DNA of 64,000 nucleotides from Scyliorhinus canicula (lineage: Eukaryota): NCBI RefSeq assembly GCF_902713615.1, contig NC_052172.1, forward strand, positions 496,001 to 560,000. Reading direction: 5' to 3'. Positions 51,515 to 64,000 of this stretch are shown here, in pieces. A program made the position numbers and the translations under genes. The notes under the pieces are model-generated. The model was not told the DNA's origin, searched no databases, and was given only the letters and a program-made list of their open reading frames with translations. Each line of letters starts with the position of its first letter. The stretch's first letter is position 1.

Positions 51515-51554
51515 TGCTCTCAATGTGAGGGTTTGGGCGGCTCTTAAAAGAGCC
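51515..51554 (-). promoter_or_regulatory. Histone 3' stem-loop and HDE (H4)
   Basis: Minus-strand CCCAAA-GGCTCTTTTAAGAGCC-GCCCA, then GAGAGCA. Confidence 0.93.
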
Positions 51555-51588
51555 TTTGGGTTTTGTTAAAAATGTCAAATGGAGTTTC

Positions 51589-51909
<321 letters not shown>

Positions 51910-52147
51910 TCAGTCAAATCGCTGCTGAATGAGAGACGAGCTGCTGCACTTTCCTTTATTATACAGCCCGCCCCGACCTGACTGAGAAAGAGAGAGAGGC
52001 GGGGAGCAGACTGAGTGACAGACAGAGCAGTGAAATGTCTTTGATCATCCAGCTCCGCCTCCTGCCTGCTCCAACCCACATTTTATATTCCAAACAGGAG
52101 TGAAAAGAGCGCGCTGAACAACACGGACAATCTGCAACATGATGGAC

Positions 52148-52400
52148 TGCACAGTGGTCAGCACTGCTGCCTCACAGAGCCAGGGACCCGGGTTCACTCT
52201 GACCCTGACATTCTGTGTCTCTGTGGGTTTCCTCACACAGTAAAGATTCGCAGGTTAGGTGGATTGGCTGTGCTAAATTAACCCTTTGTGTCTCAGGGTG
52301 TGGATGATAGATGGAGTTGCGAGGGAGTGGGCCTGAGTAGGGTTGCTCTTTCAGAGAGTCGCTGTGGACTCGATGGACTGAATGGCCTCCTTCTGCACTG
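52148..52400 (+). mobile_element. Degenerate HE1-like SINE
   Basis: cagtggtcagcactgctgcctcacag..gactcgatggactgaatggcctccttctgcactg. Confidence 0.75.
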
Positions 52401-52739
52401 TAGAACATAGAACAGTACAGCACAGAACAGGCCCTTCGGCCCTCGATGTTGTGCCGAGCAATGATCACCCTACTCAAACCCATGTATCCACCCTATACCC
52501 GTAACCCAACAACCCCCCCTTAACCTTACTTTTTAGGACACTACGGGCAATTTAGCATGGCCAATCCACCTAACCCGCACATCTTTGGACTGTGGGAGGA
52601 AACCGGAGCACCCGGAGGAAACCCACGCACACACGGGGAGGACCTGCAGACTCCACACAGACAGTGACCCAGCCGGGAATCGAACCTGGGACCCTGGAGC
52701 TGTGAAGCATTTATGCTAACCACCATGCTACCGTGCTGC
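52401..52739 (-). mobile_element. Full-length HE1-headed SINE with alternative CR1 tail
   Basis: Head GCAGCACGGTAGCATGGTGG, B-box; tail CTCGGCACAACATCGAGGGCCGAAGGGCCTG..(TTCTATG)n. Confidence 0.88.
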
Positions 52740-52769
52740 ATAATTACTGTAGTAATTATATGGGAAAGA

Positions 52770-54690
52770 TCTCGGTGTTGCTGGATGTGGCGCAGGTCTG
52801 GCCCATTCCCCAGTCCTGCGCGCAGCAGTCACCTGAGCCATCATCAAGTTAATTTGTAGATCACAGGGACCCATATACAAAATATACAAACAGAAGGGAC
52901 AGCATATACAGATCTCTGGATAAGTGAGGGACAAACATACCCAAGGCCGTCCTCACTTTGCTGTCCACCTGTGTGTGTGGCTACATCCAGCTGTGCGTGG
53001 GCCCCCAGTACACAAACACCAAGTGTCACTACGTACTGAGGTTCTATCTGTCCCGGGTGTTACGAAGGATGGATCTGGCTTCGTTGCCGCTGGATGCTCT
53101 GGTCCTAGGACCGTGTCGTAACACCTGTCCCTCAAGGAAACATTTGTTCAGGAAAACAGGTTTGGCCACAAGGCAATCAAGCAGTAGTCTGCACGTAATG
53201 TCTTCGAGGCCCTTAGGGTAAAGGAGATGGTGGATCATGTCAGATGGTTCCCCTGAGCAGACTGTCAGAGGCATTTGGCAGATCATCTCATCACCAGAAC
53301 TTTCAAACAAGCAGCAAGACCCAGCTTGGATAGTGGTGAGAAGGGCCCTCCCCGTCATATCCTTCATGCACCCAAAGTCTCAACACCGTCTCACACTGCC
53401 CTCAAACTGACTGCTCCATGTGGTTACTCACCTCCATGTGGAATGTGCCTTTCCAAAGAAGGTCTGAAGAGAGAAAGTTCATGGACATCAACAAGGTTGG
53501 TGGAGTGGCAGAGAGTGTTGAGGATTGTTAGAGGATACAGCAGGACATGCATTGGATGGAGATTTGGGCAGAACAATGGCAAATGTAGATTAATCTGGAC
53601 CAATGGGAGGGAATGCATTTTGGTCGATTTAACATAGAGGGAAAATATATCGTAAATGGCAAAACTGAGGAATGTAGAAAGTCGGAGAGTTCAGACTCGC
53701 AGGTCCACAGATCCTTGAAGGTGGCAGCTGAAGTGTACAAGGTAGTCAAGAAAACATACAGAATGCCTGCTTTCGTTGGACGGAGCATCAACTATAAAAA
53801 CTGACAAGTCATGCTGCAGCTGTATAGAACCTTGGTAAGGACGCACTTGGAACATTGTGCACAATTCAGGTTGCCACACTACCAGAAGGATGTGGAGGCT
53901 TTGGAGAGGATGCAGTGGAGATTTATCAGGCTGTTGTCTGGTCTGGAGCTATATGGAGAGGCTGAATAGACCAGACTGTTTTCATTAGAAAGATGGAGTT
54001 TGAGGTGTGATCTGATAAAGGCTGACAAAATTCTGAGGGGCATGGATGGAGTGATTGGGCAGGCAATCTTTCCCAAGGTGGAGGGGGGGGGTCAGTCACC
54101 AGGGGGCATAGATTTAAGGTGCTCAGAGAAAAGCTTACAGAGGATGTGCGAGGCAGGTTTTGTTACTCAGACAGTGTGAAGAGCAAGGACTGCGTTGCCA
54201 GGGGAGGTTGTAGAAGCAGATACATTATGGCGGTCAAAAGACATCTTGACAAACACATGGATAGGATGGGTATAGAGGGATACGGCACAAGGAAGTGCTG
54301 AGGGTTTTGGCAAAGGTTGGTATCATGACCGGTACAGGTTTGGAGGGCCGAAGGTCCTGCTCCTGTGCTGTATTGTCATTTATTTGAGAGATGCAGTGGT
54401 ATTTGTCCAGGTTAATTCCGAGCAGCTCTGTGACACAGGACCCTGTGCTCAACAGTCTATTCCCAGGGACACACGATGCGACAAACATCACCTGCTGCTG
54501 GAGGATCATAAAATCTGTGTAAGACTCTCTTTGATCTGCCCGAAACCTGTTGAACTTCCACGATAAAGAATTGTCCTTGACTGAGTGTTGCAGACCGGCA
54601 CATTCCAATGTCCGGGAAGATATGCTGAGGGACGCACTCAGGTTTGGGGTACCCGGCACCAAGGCTCAATGGGGAAAGGCCACTGTGTAA
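52770..54690 (+). mobile_element. Tx1-like LINE ORF2 C-terminal remnant, split by a CR1 fragment
   Basis: LLDVAQVWPIP, TKCHYVLRFYLSRVLRRMDLA, SSPELSNK..WIVVRRALPV, TECCRPAHS..LRDALRFG..AQWGKATV*; family assignment from recalled similarity. Confidence 0.62.
53485..54385 (+). mobile_element. Old CR1 3' fragment
   Basis: Degenerate MLQLYRTLVRTHLEHCAQF; tail ggagggccgaagg..ctgtgctgtattg. Confidence 0.78.
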
Positions 54691-54811
54691 GTTCTTCCAG
54701 CAAATGTACACAGAGTGGCTGGTAAGTGGGTAAAACCCCTGGTCTGTGTAATTAACACTAAAGAGGCGCTGGTAACTGTGTAAAAAAACCCCGGTCTGTG
54801 TGATTAGCGTA

Positions 54812-55936
54812 CAACAGGTTTGTTTCAAACACGAGCTTTTGGAGCACTGCTCCTTCCTCAGGTGAATGGAGAGGTATGAACGGGATATGGCGCTCGACTC
54901 ATCGATCGACAGTTCCAACGCGCCACAGGAAATAAACGCACCGACCTCCTCAGAAGACAAACACGGGACACAACTGACAGAGTACCCTTCATCGTCCAGT
55001 GCTTTCCTGGGGTGGAGAAACAACGACATCTTCTTCGCAGCCTTCAACACATCATCAATGAAGATGAACATCTTGCCAAGGTCATCTCCACACACCCACT
55101 ACTTGCCTTCAAACAACCACACAACCTCAAACAAACCATTGTTTGCAGCAAATTACCCAGCCTTCCGAACAGCGACCACGACACCACACAACTCTGCCAG
55201 GGCAATCTTTGCAAGACATGCCAGATCATCGACATGGATAGCACCATTACACGTGGTCACACCACCCACCAGGTACGCGGCACATACTCGTGCGACTCAA
55301 CCAGTGTCATCTACCTCATACGCTGCAGGAAAGGATGTCCCGAAGCGTGGTACATTGGCGAGACCATGCGGACACTATGACAATGAATGAACGGGCATCG
55401 TGCGACAATCACCAGGCAGGAAAGTTCCCTTCCAGTCAGGGAACACTTCAGCAGTCAAGGGCATTCAGCCTCTGATCTCCGGGTAAGCATTCTCCAAGGC
55501 GGTCTTCAGGACTCGCGACAACGTAGAATTGCCGAGCAAAAACTTATAGCTAAGTTCCGCACGCATGAGTGCGGCCTCAACCGGGATCTGGGATTCATGT
55601 CGCATTACATTCACCCCCCACCATCTGGCCTGGACTTGCAAAATCCTACCAGCTTTCCTGGCTTGAGACAATTCACACGTCTTTAACCTGGGATCACCCC
55701 CTATTTCTGGATCTGTAATGATTTGATTACCTGCAAATGCTCGCATTCCAAGCATTGTCCAGCATCTCTGACTTTGTCTATACTGTATAAATGTTTCTGG
55801 AACATACCTCTCCATTCACCTTAGGAAGGAACAGTGCTCCGAAAGCTTGTGTTTGAAACAAACCTGTTGGACTTTAACCTGGTGTTATAAGACTTCTTAC
55901 TGTGCTCACCCCAGTCCAATGACGGCATCTCCACAT
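54812..55936 (+). mobile_element. 5'-truncated Penelope-like element (GIY-YIG endonuclease, pLTR, inverted terminal piece)
   Basis: AFKQPHNLKQ..CKTC..SCDSTSVIYLIRC..WYIGET..GH..EHF..GLN; two stops near 55378-55386; 54812-54878 is an inverted copy of 55803-55869. Confidence 0.9.
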
Positions 55937-56057
55937 GTGTGATTAACACAAAAGAGGGGCTGGTAATTATGTGAACCCTCCCCCCCCCCCCCCCCCCACC
56001 CCAGGTCTGAGTGATTAACACTAAAGAGGGGCTGGTAATTGAGTAAAACCCTGAGGC

Positions 56058-56340
56058 ACAGTGCCAGGGTTTCAGGTTCGATTCCCCGTTGGGTCACTGT
56101 CTGTGCAGAGTCTGCAGATTCTCCCCGTGTCTGCGTGGGTTTCCTCCGGGTGTTCTGGTTTCCTCCCAAAGTCCAAAGACGTGCGACGTAGGTGGATTGG
56201 CCATGCTCAATTGCCCCTAGTGCTTAAAACGTTTTGGGAGAGGTAATTGGGTTAAGGGGATAAGTTTGAAGTGAAGGCTTAAGCGTGTCGATGCAGACTC
56301 TGTGGGCCGAATGGCCTCCTTCCGCACTGTATGTTCCATG
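56058..56340 (+). mobile_element. HE1-like SINE
   Basis: ggttcgattcc B-box, core, gggccgaatggcctcct tail. Confidence 0.8.
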
Positions 56341-56363
56341 TTAAACACACCGGTCTGCGTGAT

Positions 56364-56544
56364 GAATGAAAATGAAAATCGCTTAACGTCACAAGTCGGC
56401 TTCAAATGAAGTCACTGTGAATAGCTCCAGTCACCACATTCCAGCGCCTGTTCGGGAAGGCTGGTACGGGAATTGAACCATGCTGCTGGCCTGCCTTGGT
56501 CTGCTTTAAAAGCCAGTTCTTTAGACCTGTGCTAAAGCAGCCCC
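56364..56544 (-). mobile_element. Family R SINE, older copy
   Basis: Diverged match to 48413-48589. Confidence 0.8.
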
Positions 56545-56587
56545 TGCTTCACACTAAAGAGGGGCTGGTAACTTTGTCCCCGCCCCG

Positions 56588-57038
56588 AGGTGGTTCACAA
56601 GAATGATCCCTGGAATGAAGAACTTGTACGAAGAAGGTTTGGGAACTCTGGGTCTATACTCGTTTGAGTTTAGAAGGACGAGGGGGGATCTTTTTGAAAC
56701 TTACAGGATGCTGCGAGGCCTGGATAGAGAGGACATGGAGAGGGTGTTTCCACTTGTAGGAAAAACTAGAACCAGAGGACACCATCTCAGACTATCAATT
56801 TAAAACATAGATGAGGAGGAGGAATCTCTTCAGCCAGAGGGTGGTGAATCTGTGGAGGCCAAATCACTGAGTGTCTTTAAGACCAAGATAGCTAGGTTCT
56901 TGATTAATAAGGGGCTCAGGGGTAATGGGTAGAAGGCTGGAGAATGGGAATGAGAAAATATCAGCCATGATTGAATGGTGGAGCAGACTCGATGGGCCGT
57001 GTGGCCTAATTCAGCTCCTGTGCCTTCTGGTTTCTATG
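56588..57038 (+). mobile_element. CR1 3' fragment
   Basis: MIPGMKNLYEEGLGTLGLYSFEFRR; gactcgatgggcc tail. Confidence 0.8.
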
Positions 57039-57387
57039 ATTAACACTAAAGAGGGGCTGGTAACTGTGTAAACAAACCCGGTCTGTGTGATTAACACGAA
57101 AGAGTGGCTGCTAACTGTAAAACCCTCAGATCTGTGTGGTTGAGATTAAAGAGCGGCTGGTAACCTGAGTAAAACCTTCCGGTCTGTGTGATAAACACTA
57201 AAGAGGGACTGGTAACTGTGTAAATTCCCCGGTCTGTGTGATTAATACTAAAGAGGGGCTGGTAACCAGGTAAACCCCCTCGGCCTGTGTGATTAACACT
57301 GAATGTTTAAAATTATTGAAGCTTCACAGGGTGGAACATGACCAATGTAAATATTTGGAGAAGAATAGTAATGTGAATATTACTGGA

Positions 57388-58880
57388 ATATCACTGGAGT
57401 CAGGGAAAGTCCCGGACGATTGGAAGATCGCTGTTGTAACCCCCTTGTTCAAGAAAGGATCAAGACAAAAGATGGAAAATTATAGGCCAATTAGCCTAAC
57501 CTCGGTTGTTTGTAAAATTCTAGAATCGATCGTTAAGGATGAGATTTCTAAATTCTTGGAAGAGCAGGGTCGGATTAGAACAAGTCAACATGGATTTAGT
57601 AAGGGGAGGTCGTGCCTGACAAACCTGTTAGAATTCTTTAAGGAGGTGACAAGTAGGTTAGACCAGGGAAACCCAGTGGACGTGGTCTATCTGGATTTCC
57701 AAAAGGCCTTTGATAAGGTGCCACACAGGAGGCTGCTGAGTAAGGTGAGGGCCCATGGTGTTCGAGGTGAGCTACTGGCATGGGTTGAGGATTAGCTGTC
57801 TGACAGAAGGCAGAGAGTTGGGATAAAAGGTTCTTTTTCGGAATGGCAGCCGGTGACCAGCGGTGTCCCACAAGGTTCAGTGTTGGGGCCGCAGCTGTTC
57901 ACCATATATATTAATGATCTGGATGAAGGGACTGGGGGCATTCTAGCGAAGTTTGCCGATGATACGAAGTTAGGTGGTCAGGCAGGTAGTGCTGAGGAAG
58001 TGGGGAGGCTGCAGAAGGATCTAGACAGTTTGGGAGAGTGGTGCAGGAAATGGCTGATGCAATTCAACGTGAGAAAATGTGAGGTCTTGCACTTTGGAAA
58101 AAAGAATCCAAGCATAGACTACTTTCTAAACGGTGAGAAAATTCATAATGCCAAAGTACAAAGGGATCTGGGAGTGCTAGTCGAGGATACCCTAAAGGTA
58201 AACATGCAGGTTGATTCTGTGATTAAGAAAGCGAATGCAATGTTGTCATTTATCTCAAGAGGGTTGGAATATAAAAGCAGCGATGTGCTACTGAGCCTTT
58301 ATAAGGCTCTGGTTAGGCCCCATTTGGAGTACTGTGTCCAGTTTTGGGCCCCACATCTCAGGAAGGACATACTGGCACTGGAGCGTGTCCAGCGGAGATT
58401 CACACGGATGATCCCTGGAATGGCGGGTCTAACATATGATGAACGGCTGAGGATCCTGGGATTGTATTCATTGGAGTTTAGAAGGTTAAGGAGAGATCTA
58501 ATCGAAACTTACAAGATAATACATGGCTTAGAAAGGGTGGACGCAAAGAAACTGTTTCCGTTAGGCAAGGAGACGAGGACCCGTGGGCACAGCCTTAGAA
58601 TTAGAGGGGGTAAATTCAGAACAGAAATGCGGAGACATTTCTTCAGCCAGAGAGTGGTGGGCCTGTGGAATTCATTGCCGCGGAGTGCAGTGGAGGCCGG
58701 GACGCTAAATGGCTTCAAGGCAGAGATAGATAAATTCTTGATGTCGCGAGGAATTAAGGGCTACGGGGAGAATGCTGGTAGGTGGAGTTGAAATGCCCAT
58801 CAGCCATGATTGAATGGCGGAGTGGACTCGATGGGCCGAATGGCCTTACTTCCACTTCTATGTCTTATGGTCTTATGGTG
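57388..58880 (+). mobile_element. Young 5'-truncated CR1 LINE, complete RT domain
   Basis: [33 protein letters not shown]; one in-frame stop at 57793; tail (CTTATGGT)n. Confidence 0.93.
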
Positions 58881-60289
58881 TGTAATGTCCTCATTATCCA
58901 ATTATTCAATTCAAGTAAATCTGGACCTCTGGAGAAAATGTAAATATTATTGTACGATACGATATTATTGTGATGACAATTTGAAATGTTTGACAATGTT
59001 TGTTTCAAGGGATTTTAGAAATGATGTATATTTTTGAAAATAAATTGTATGCTTCTGTGAAAAATGTAGCCAGTTGGTGAAATGTTAGTTTGCAGAAAGT
59101 GTGAGTTTGAGGGGCTGAATGGCAGTGTAATAACAAACAAGCTGCAGGCAATGGCTGCAAATTGAATATCTCATTGGGACAAACACACAGCTACAAAGGT
59201 GATTGGTTGAGCCCTGGGGCGCAGGGCCACTTGCACCCACACACACACAGTCCCCCCCAACACGGGCTCTATCGGAGGTTTTGCTCCAAATGTGATGACA
59301 GTGAAATGGGGAATATTCCCATTGATTCTCAATGCGGAATTACTGCGGGGATCTGCGCATGTCCGGTTTAGCCCCGCCCCCTGCTTGTCGTCACTGAGTA
59401 AGAGCGCATGCGCAGCCCCTCCAGCGAGGAAACCGCGTTCTCATTGCAGCAGCCCATCCATTTGGGAGTGTGAGCAAAGAGGCTCAGAGATCATTACTGA
59501 CTCGGGGGGAGTTCAGGGAGAATCGGGGGCTGTTTGCAAGAGGCGCAGCGGGAGCCCCATCTTGTTCCGGGACTTGGAGTGAGCGGGGGGAAGGGAGAGC
59601 TCTTTCTGGGCCTGGCTTATTGTCTGATTCTGGGGCAGGATTTGCACAGTATTTTCTATTTTTACTGATTATCAGTTGAAAGAATTGATTGATCTATCAT
59701 TGGCCTCATCTGACCCTGATTTACAAGAGATATGTTTTCTTCCCCCTAGTTCCACAGATGAAGAGATGAGTTCCAAGATGATGATTCCTCAGCAACATGA
59801 ATGTGCCGCCGTCTCCTTCTAACTGACAGTAAGTACAATATTAATCCAACATTGCAGAGACACAGACACAACATCAGCTCCACCATCACAGGGAACAGAA
59901 GCAGTCACACTTACATTGAGCTCAACTCCCAGATAAACATGTCCAATCTCATTATCCAATTGAAGAAATTCAAGTAAATCTGGAACTCTGGAGAAAATGT
60001 AAATATTATTTACAGATACATGAGAGGACAGGCGGGATAATTTTCCACAATTCACCCCTACTCTCTCATGGAATGTTGGATCAACTTTTGATAACAGTGT
60101 TTCATCTGTTAAGTAATCAGTATAGTATTAATTAGGCTCTAGATTCAGCAATCAATGTGCAAGGATCCATTTGCACTATTTTGTAACTTTCTTCATTTAT
60201 AATATATCAGAAGCAAAGCACTTGAATATGGCATTAACAGAAAAATTATACATTTAAATAGTTCCACAAAAGGACAATTACCAGATTGT

Positions 60290-61745
60290 CGACAGGAATA
60301 GTGCCGGAAGACTGGAGGATAGCAAATGTTGTCCCCTGGTTCAAGAAGGGGAGTAGAGACAACCCTGGTAATTATAGACCTGCGAGCCTTACTTCAGTTG
60401 TGGGTAAAATGTTGGAAAAAGGTTATAAGAGATAGGGTTTATAATCATCTTGAAAAGAATAAGTTGATTAGCGATACTCAACACGGTTTTGTGAAGGGTA
60501 GGTCATGCTTCACAAACCTTATTGAGTTTTTTGAGAAGGTGACCAAACAGGTGGATCAGGGTAAAGCTGTTGATGTGGTGTATATATGGATTTCAGTAAG
60601 GCGTTTGATAAGGTTCCCCACGGTAGGCTATTGCAGAAAATAAGGAAGTATGGAATTGAAGGTGATTTAGCGGTTTGGATCAGTAATTGGCTAGCTGAAA
60701 GAAGACAGAGGGTGGTGGTTGATGGCAAATGTTCATCCTGGAGTTCAGTTACTAGTGGTGTACCGCAAGGATCTGTTTTGGGGCCACTGCTGTTTGTCAT
60801 TTTTATAAATGACCTGGAAGAGGGTGTAGAAGGATGGGTTAGTAAATTTGCAGATGACACAAAGGTCGGTGGAGTTGTGGATAGTGCTGAAGGATGTTAT
60901 AGGATACAGAGGGACATAGATAAGCTGCAGAGCTGGGCTGAGAGGTGGCAGATGGAGTTTAATGCGGAAAAGTGTGAGGTGGTTCACTTTGGAAGGAGTA
61001 ACAGGAATGCAGAGTACTGGGCTAATGGCAAGATTCTTGGTAGTGTAGATGAACAGAGAGATCTCGGCATCCAGGTACATAAATCCCTGAAAGTTGCCAC
61101 CCAGGTTAATAGGGCTGTTAAGAAGGCATATGGTGTGCTAGCCTTTATAAGTAGGGGGATTGAGTTTCGGAACCACAATGTCATGCTGCAGCTGTACATA
61201 ACTCTGGTGTGGCCGCACCTGGAGTACTGCGTGCAGTTCTGGTCACCACATTATAGGAAGGATGTGGAAGCTTTGGAAAGGGTTCAGAGGAGATTTACTA
61301 GGATGTTGCCTGGTATGGAGGGAAGGTCTTACGAGGAAATGCTCAGGGAATTGAGGTTGTTTTCGTTAGAGAGGAGAAGGCTGAGAGGTGACTTAATAGA
61401 GACATATAAGATAGTCAGAGGGTTAGATAGGGTGGACAGTGAGAGTCTTTTTCCTCAGATAGTGATGACCAACACGAGGGGACATAGCTTTAAATTGAGG
61501 GGTAGTAGATATAGGACAGATGTCAGAGGCAGTTTGTTTACTCAGAGAGTAGTAGGGGTGTGGAACGCCCTGCCTGCAACAGTAGTAGACTCGCCAACTT
61601 TAAGGGCATTTAAGTGGTCACTGGATAGACATATGGATGAAAATGGAATAGTGTAGGTCAGATCGGCTTCAGATGGTTTCACAGGTCGGCGCAACATCGA
61701 GGGCCGAAGGGCCCGTACTGCGCTGTAGTGTTCTATGTTCTATGT
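60290..61745 (+). mobile_element. 5'-truncated CR1 LINE (RT and 3'UTR)
   Basis: 356-aa [17 protein letters not shown]..; upstream frameshifts; (TTCTATG)n tail. Confidence 0.93.
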
Positions 61746-62199
61746 AAGGCCATCCTTTCATCTCACAAATTGTGAACCTTTGGTACACGTAACAGGTCGG
61801 ATAGTACAGCTGATTGAAAAGTGCCGAATTAATCATAAACTTCTACCAAAACACCTCCCAAAACAAAATATTAAATTCCAATCCAAATATCTCTCACAAT
61901 CTCAGATATAATAGTACAGTGTCATTTTCATGAAACAGACATGGAAATAGATCATTTAACATTTCTAGGTTGTCACTAAAAGTAATAATGGAAGATCAAT
62001 ACTGAACAGAATGTTCACCATTAACTCACAAAACAGATATTTACAAGTACAGAAAACACAATAAAATCACATATCAGAGAGGTGAATAGATCGAGATTAA
62101 ATGCAGAATCCCATAACCGGGATAGACCGCTACAAATGCAAGCATACAAAACAGAGACAGAGAGTTACAGAATGAAATTATTTTTTTCATAACACTTGA

Positions 62200-64000
62200 C
62201 CCAAAACAGAGACAGACCGCTACAGTGGAAAACACACTCTCACACATTCAGACACCAACAACTGCACAGGAGGCAGTAAAATATGACATATATCATATAC
62301 AGACAGTGAAGGTAAAACAGACTCACACATTCTCTCTCACAGTACGCAGTCAATATACATTATCTATCACAGAGAGACAGTGAGGGTAAAACATACACTC
62401 ACATTTTCTCATGCACATGCTCACTCACAAGTAACTTAGTAGTAAACACTAAATATGAATTTTATATCAAAGTCTGAGGGTGAAACACACTCACTCTCAC
62501 AGCAATAACTGAGCATTGAGCAATAAAATATATGTCCTATATAGCACAGAGTTACAGTGAGGTTTATACACACTCACTCACAATCTGTCTCTCATACACC
62601 CTCTCACAGACACCCAAGCACTGTCTCTCCCACACATACTCACAAATCAATAACTGATCAATAATATATTAATTATGTATCAGAGAGAGACTGTGTGGTT
62701 AATACTCACTCACTCACACTCTCTCACACACACACACTCTCCCTCTCTCACACACACACCAGTCACTGAGCAGTAATCAATTAAATATGGTAGATATACC
62801 ACAGAGATACAGTGAGGGTAAAACATGCACTCACTCTCTCACTCACACTCTCTCACTCAGACAGTCACACAGCAGTAACTGAGCAGTAAGCTGTAAAATG
62901 TGTTATACATCATAGAGAGACAGTGAGGGTAAAACACATACTCACGCCGTCTCTCAAACACTGTCTCACATTTCACTGAGAAGTAAGCAGTAAAATATTT
63001 GTTATATATCGCAGAGAAATAGTGAGGGTAAAGCACGCGCAAACACACAGACACACACTCTCTCTCACACACTCTCTCATAGAAACCCTACAGTGCAGAA
63101 GGAGGCCATTCAACCCATCGAGTCTGCATTGACCTTTTGAATGAGCATGCTACCCAAGACCAATCTCCCACCTTCTCCTTGTAACCCCACCAAGGGATAG
63201 TTGATCATATCAATTCCACCATTTTTTGGACTGTGGGAGGAAACTGGAGCACCCGGAGGAAACCCTAACAGACACGGGAAGAATGTACAAACTCCGCACA
63301 GACTGTCGCCTGAGGTCGGAATCAAACCTGGGTCTCTGGCGCTGTTCCACCCTGCTGCCCATCAGCAGCACATCCACTTTTCACCCTATTGCTCCCACAC
63401 ACACTCACCATCCCTCACACATACTCACAGACTCTCCCTCACACACATGCACTCACTCACTCACTTTCTCTGACACACACACCTCTCACACATTCATACA
63501 TTCTCTCACACATACTCTCTCACACCAGCAATTGACCCACAAGCAGTAAAATATGTGTACTATGTCACAGAGAGACAGTGAGGATAAAACTTACACTCAA
63601 TCTCTCTCACACACACTGACACTCACACACACCATTAACTGAGCAGTATGCTGTAAAATGTGTGTCCATATGATAGAGAGAGGGAGGTCACAAATCTCAC
63701 TCACACTCCCTCCCTCTCACACACACTATCTCACTCCCACACTCTCCCACACATACACACCATTAACTGAGCAGTAAGCTGTAAAATATTTGTTATATAT
63801 CACAGAAAAGCACACACTCGCACACTGTCACACACACACTCTTTCTCACACACAGATGTTCCCTCTCTCATACACACTCACAGACTCTCTCTCACACACT
63901 CACAGACTCTCTCACACCATCACAGACTCTCTCTCTCTGACACACTCACAGACTCTCTCTCTCTGACACACTCACAGACTCTCTCTCTCTGACACATTCA
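62200..64000. repeat. Degenerate CA/CT-rich satellite
   Basis: Recurring actgagcagtaagctgtaaaat..gagacagtgagggtaaaac units separated by (CA)n/(CT)n; ends in a ~26-bp tandem. Confidence 0.7.
63078..63360 (-). mobile_element. Degenerate HE1-like SINE
   Basis: tacagtgcagaaggaggccattc..ggactgtgggaggaaactggagcacccggaggaaacc. Confidence 0.75.

Larger units (their letters stand above)
54700..57300. repeat. ~50-bp tandem array (TTAACACTAAAGAGGGGCTGGTAACTGTGTAAAACCCCGGTCTGTGTGA) fragmented by TE insertions
   Basis: Pieces at 54700-54810, 55936-56055, 56342-56363, 56545-56575 and 57038-57300. Confidence 0.8.

Overview
Eukaryotic, repeat-rich vertebrate DNA, most likely from a shark or other cartilaginous fish (inferred from HE1-type SINEs and CR1/HER1-like LINEs). 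The window holds a dispersed replication-dependent histone cluster: intact H2B(+), H2A(+), H3(-), H1(-), then a second H2B(+) and H4(-). Each has a 3' stem-loop. There is also a truncated H2B pseudogene fused to a minisatellite and an orphan H2A stem-loop left by a deletion. The cluster is built from segmental duplications: 1-11.6 kb recurs at ~41.0-51.1 kb, and ~21.5-33.8 kb recurs at 33.9-46.2 kb directly across a 100-N gap (possibly a false haplotype duplication). Intergenic space is filled with decayed CR1, L1, Rex1/Babar, Tx1 and Penelope retroelements, several SINE families, a hAT MITE and minisatellites. Best leads: (i) a repeated NRF1-motif promoter with conserved splice sites but no ORF (candidate spliced ncRNA or 5'UTR module); (ii) a tRNA-headed SINE whose tail matches the Rex1/Babar tail in the same window; (iii) a SINE-in-LINE composite that appears to have moved as a unit; (iv) hammerhead-ribozyme motifs in the Penelope termini; (v) the orphan histone stem-loop. 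All alignments were done by eye, so TE boundaries are approximate. I cannot establish that any of these is truly undescribed without database searches.
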